DNA of 28,885 nucleotides, taken from positions 1 to 28,885 of the forward strand of contig CAXGMD010000043.1 in the NCBI GenBank assembly GCA_964010765.1. Reading direction: 5' to 3'. The notes under the pieces were generated by a model. That model made no database searches. It saw only the letters and a list, made by a program, of their open reading frames with translations, and was not told the DNA's origin. Within the stretch, counting starts at the first letter, position 1. The number at the start of each line of letters is the position of its first letter. The position numbers and the translations under genes are program-made. The stretch is from an uncultured bacterium (GTDB taxonomy: Bacteria > SAR324 > NAC60-12). Shown here piece after piece: positions 28,739-28,885 of the stretch.

Positions 28739-28885
28739 TGGCTTTTTTCTCAACAGCACGAACTTGCAGAGCTTCCTTGCTCTGGCCTACTGGCGCCTCG
28801 CTACCCTTCCCTGTGCAGCCGTTTCATTTCGTTGAATCGACTACAAGCACAAAGCAGACCGTTGTCTCACACCTCTCTTGCTCTC

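Overview
Bacterial chromosomal segment with no recognisable mobile element, CRISPR array, rRNA or tRNA. The gene content suggests a Deltaproteobacteria-like or SAR324-like marine organism; this is inference only. Housekeeping genes are ligA, glnD-like, bamA, lolD, rpmB, rpmG (absent from the ORF track), a class I DAHP synthase and fumC. The most notable region is a divergent candidate light-response module at about 2.5-12.4 kb around an AT-rich, repeat-containing intergenic region. Its leftward arm is a single-domain response regulator, a PAS-LOV histidine kinase (canonical GRNCRFLQG), an FMN-binding glutamate-synthase-family protein and a YeeZ-like SDR. Its rightward arm is a sigma-54 activator whose Fis-type HTH appears replaced by an unrecognised ~280-aa domain, a CPD photolyase and a coupled GPH-family MFS transporter. 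Other items easily missed: a divergent Hfq/Sm-like protein upstream of ligA, an acidic-repeat protein with a RomR/PopZ-like tail, a multi-hairpin 5' leader before a small secreted protein predicted to start with His, and a 42-aa lipoprotein below the ORF-track cutoff.
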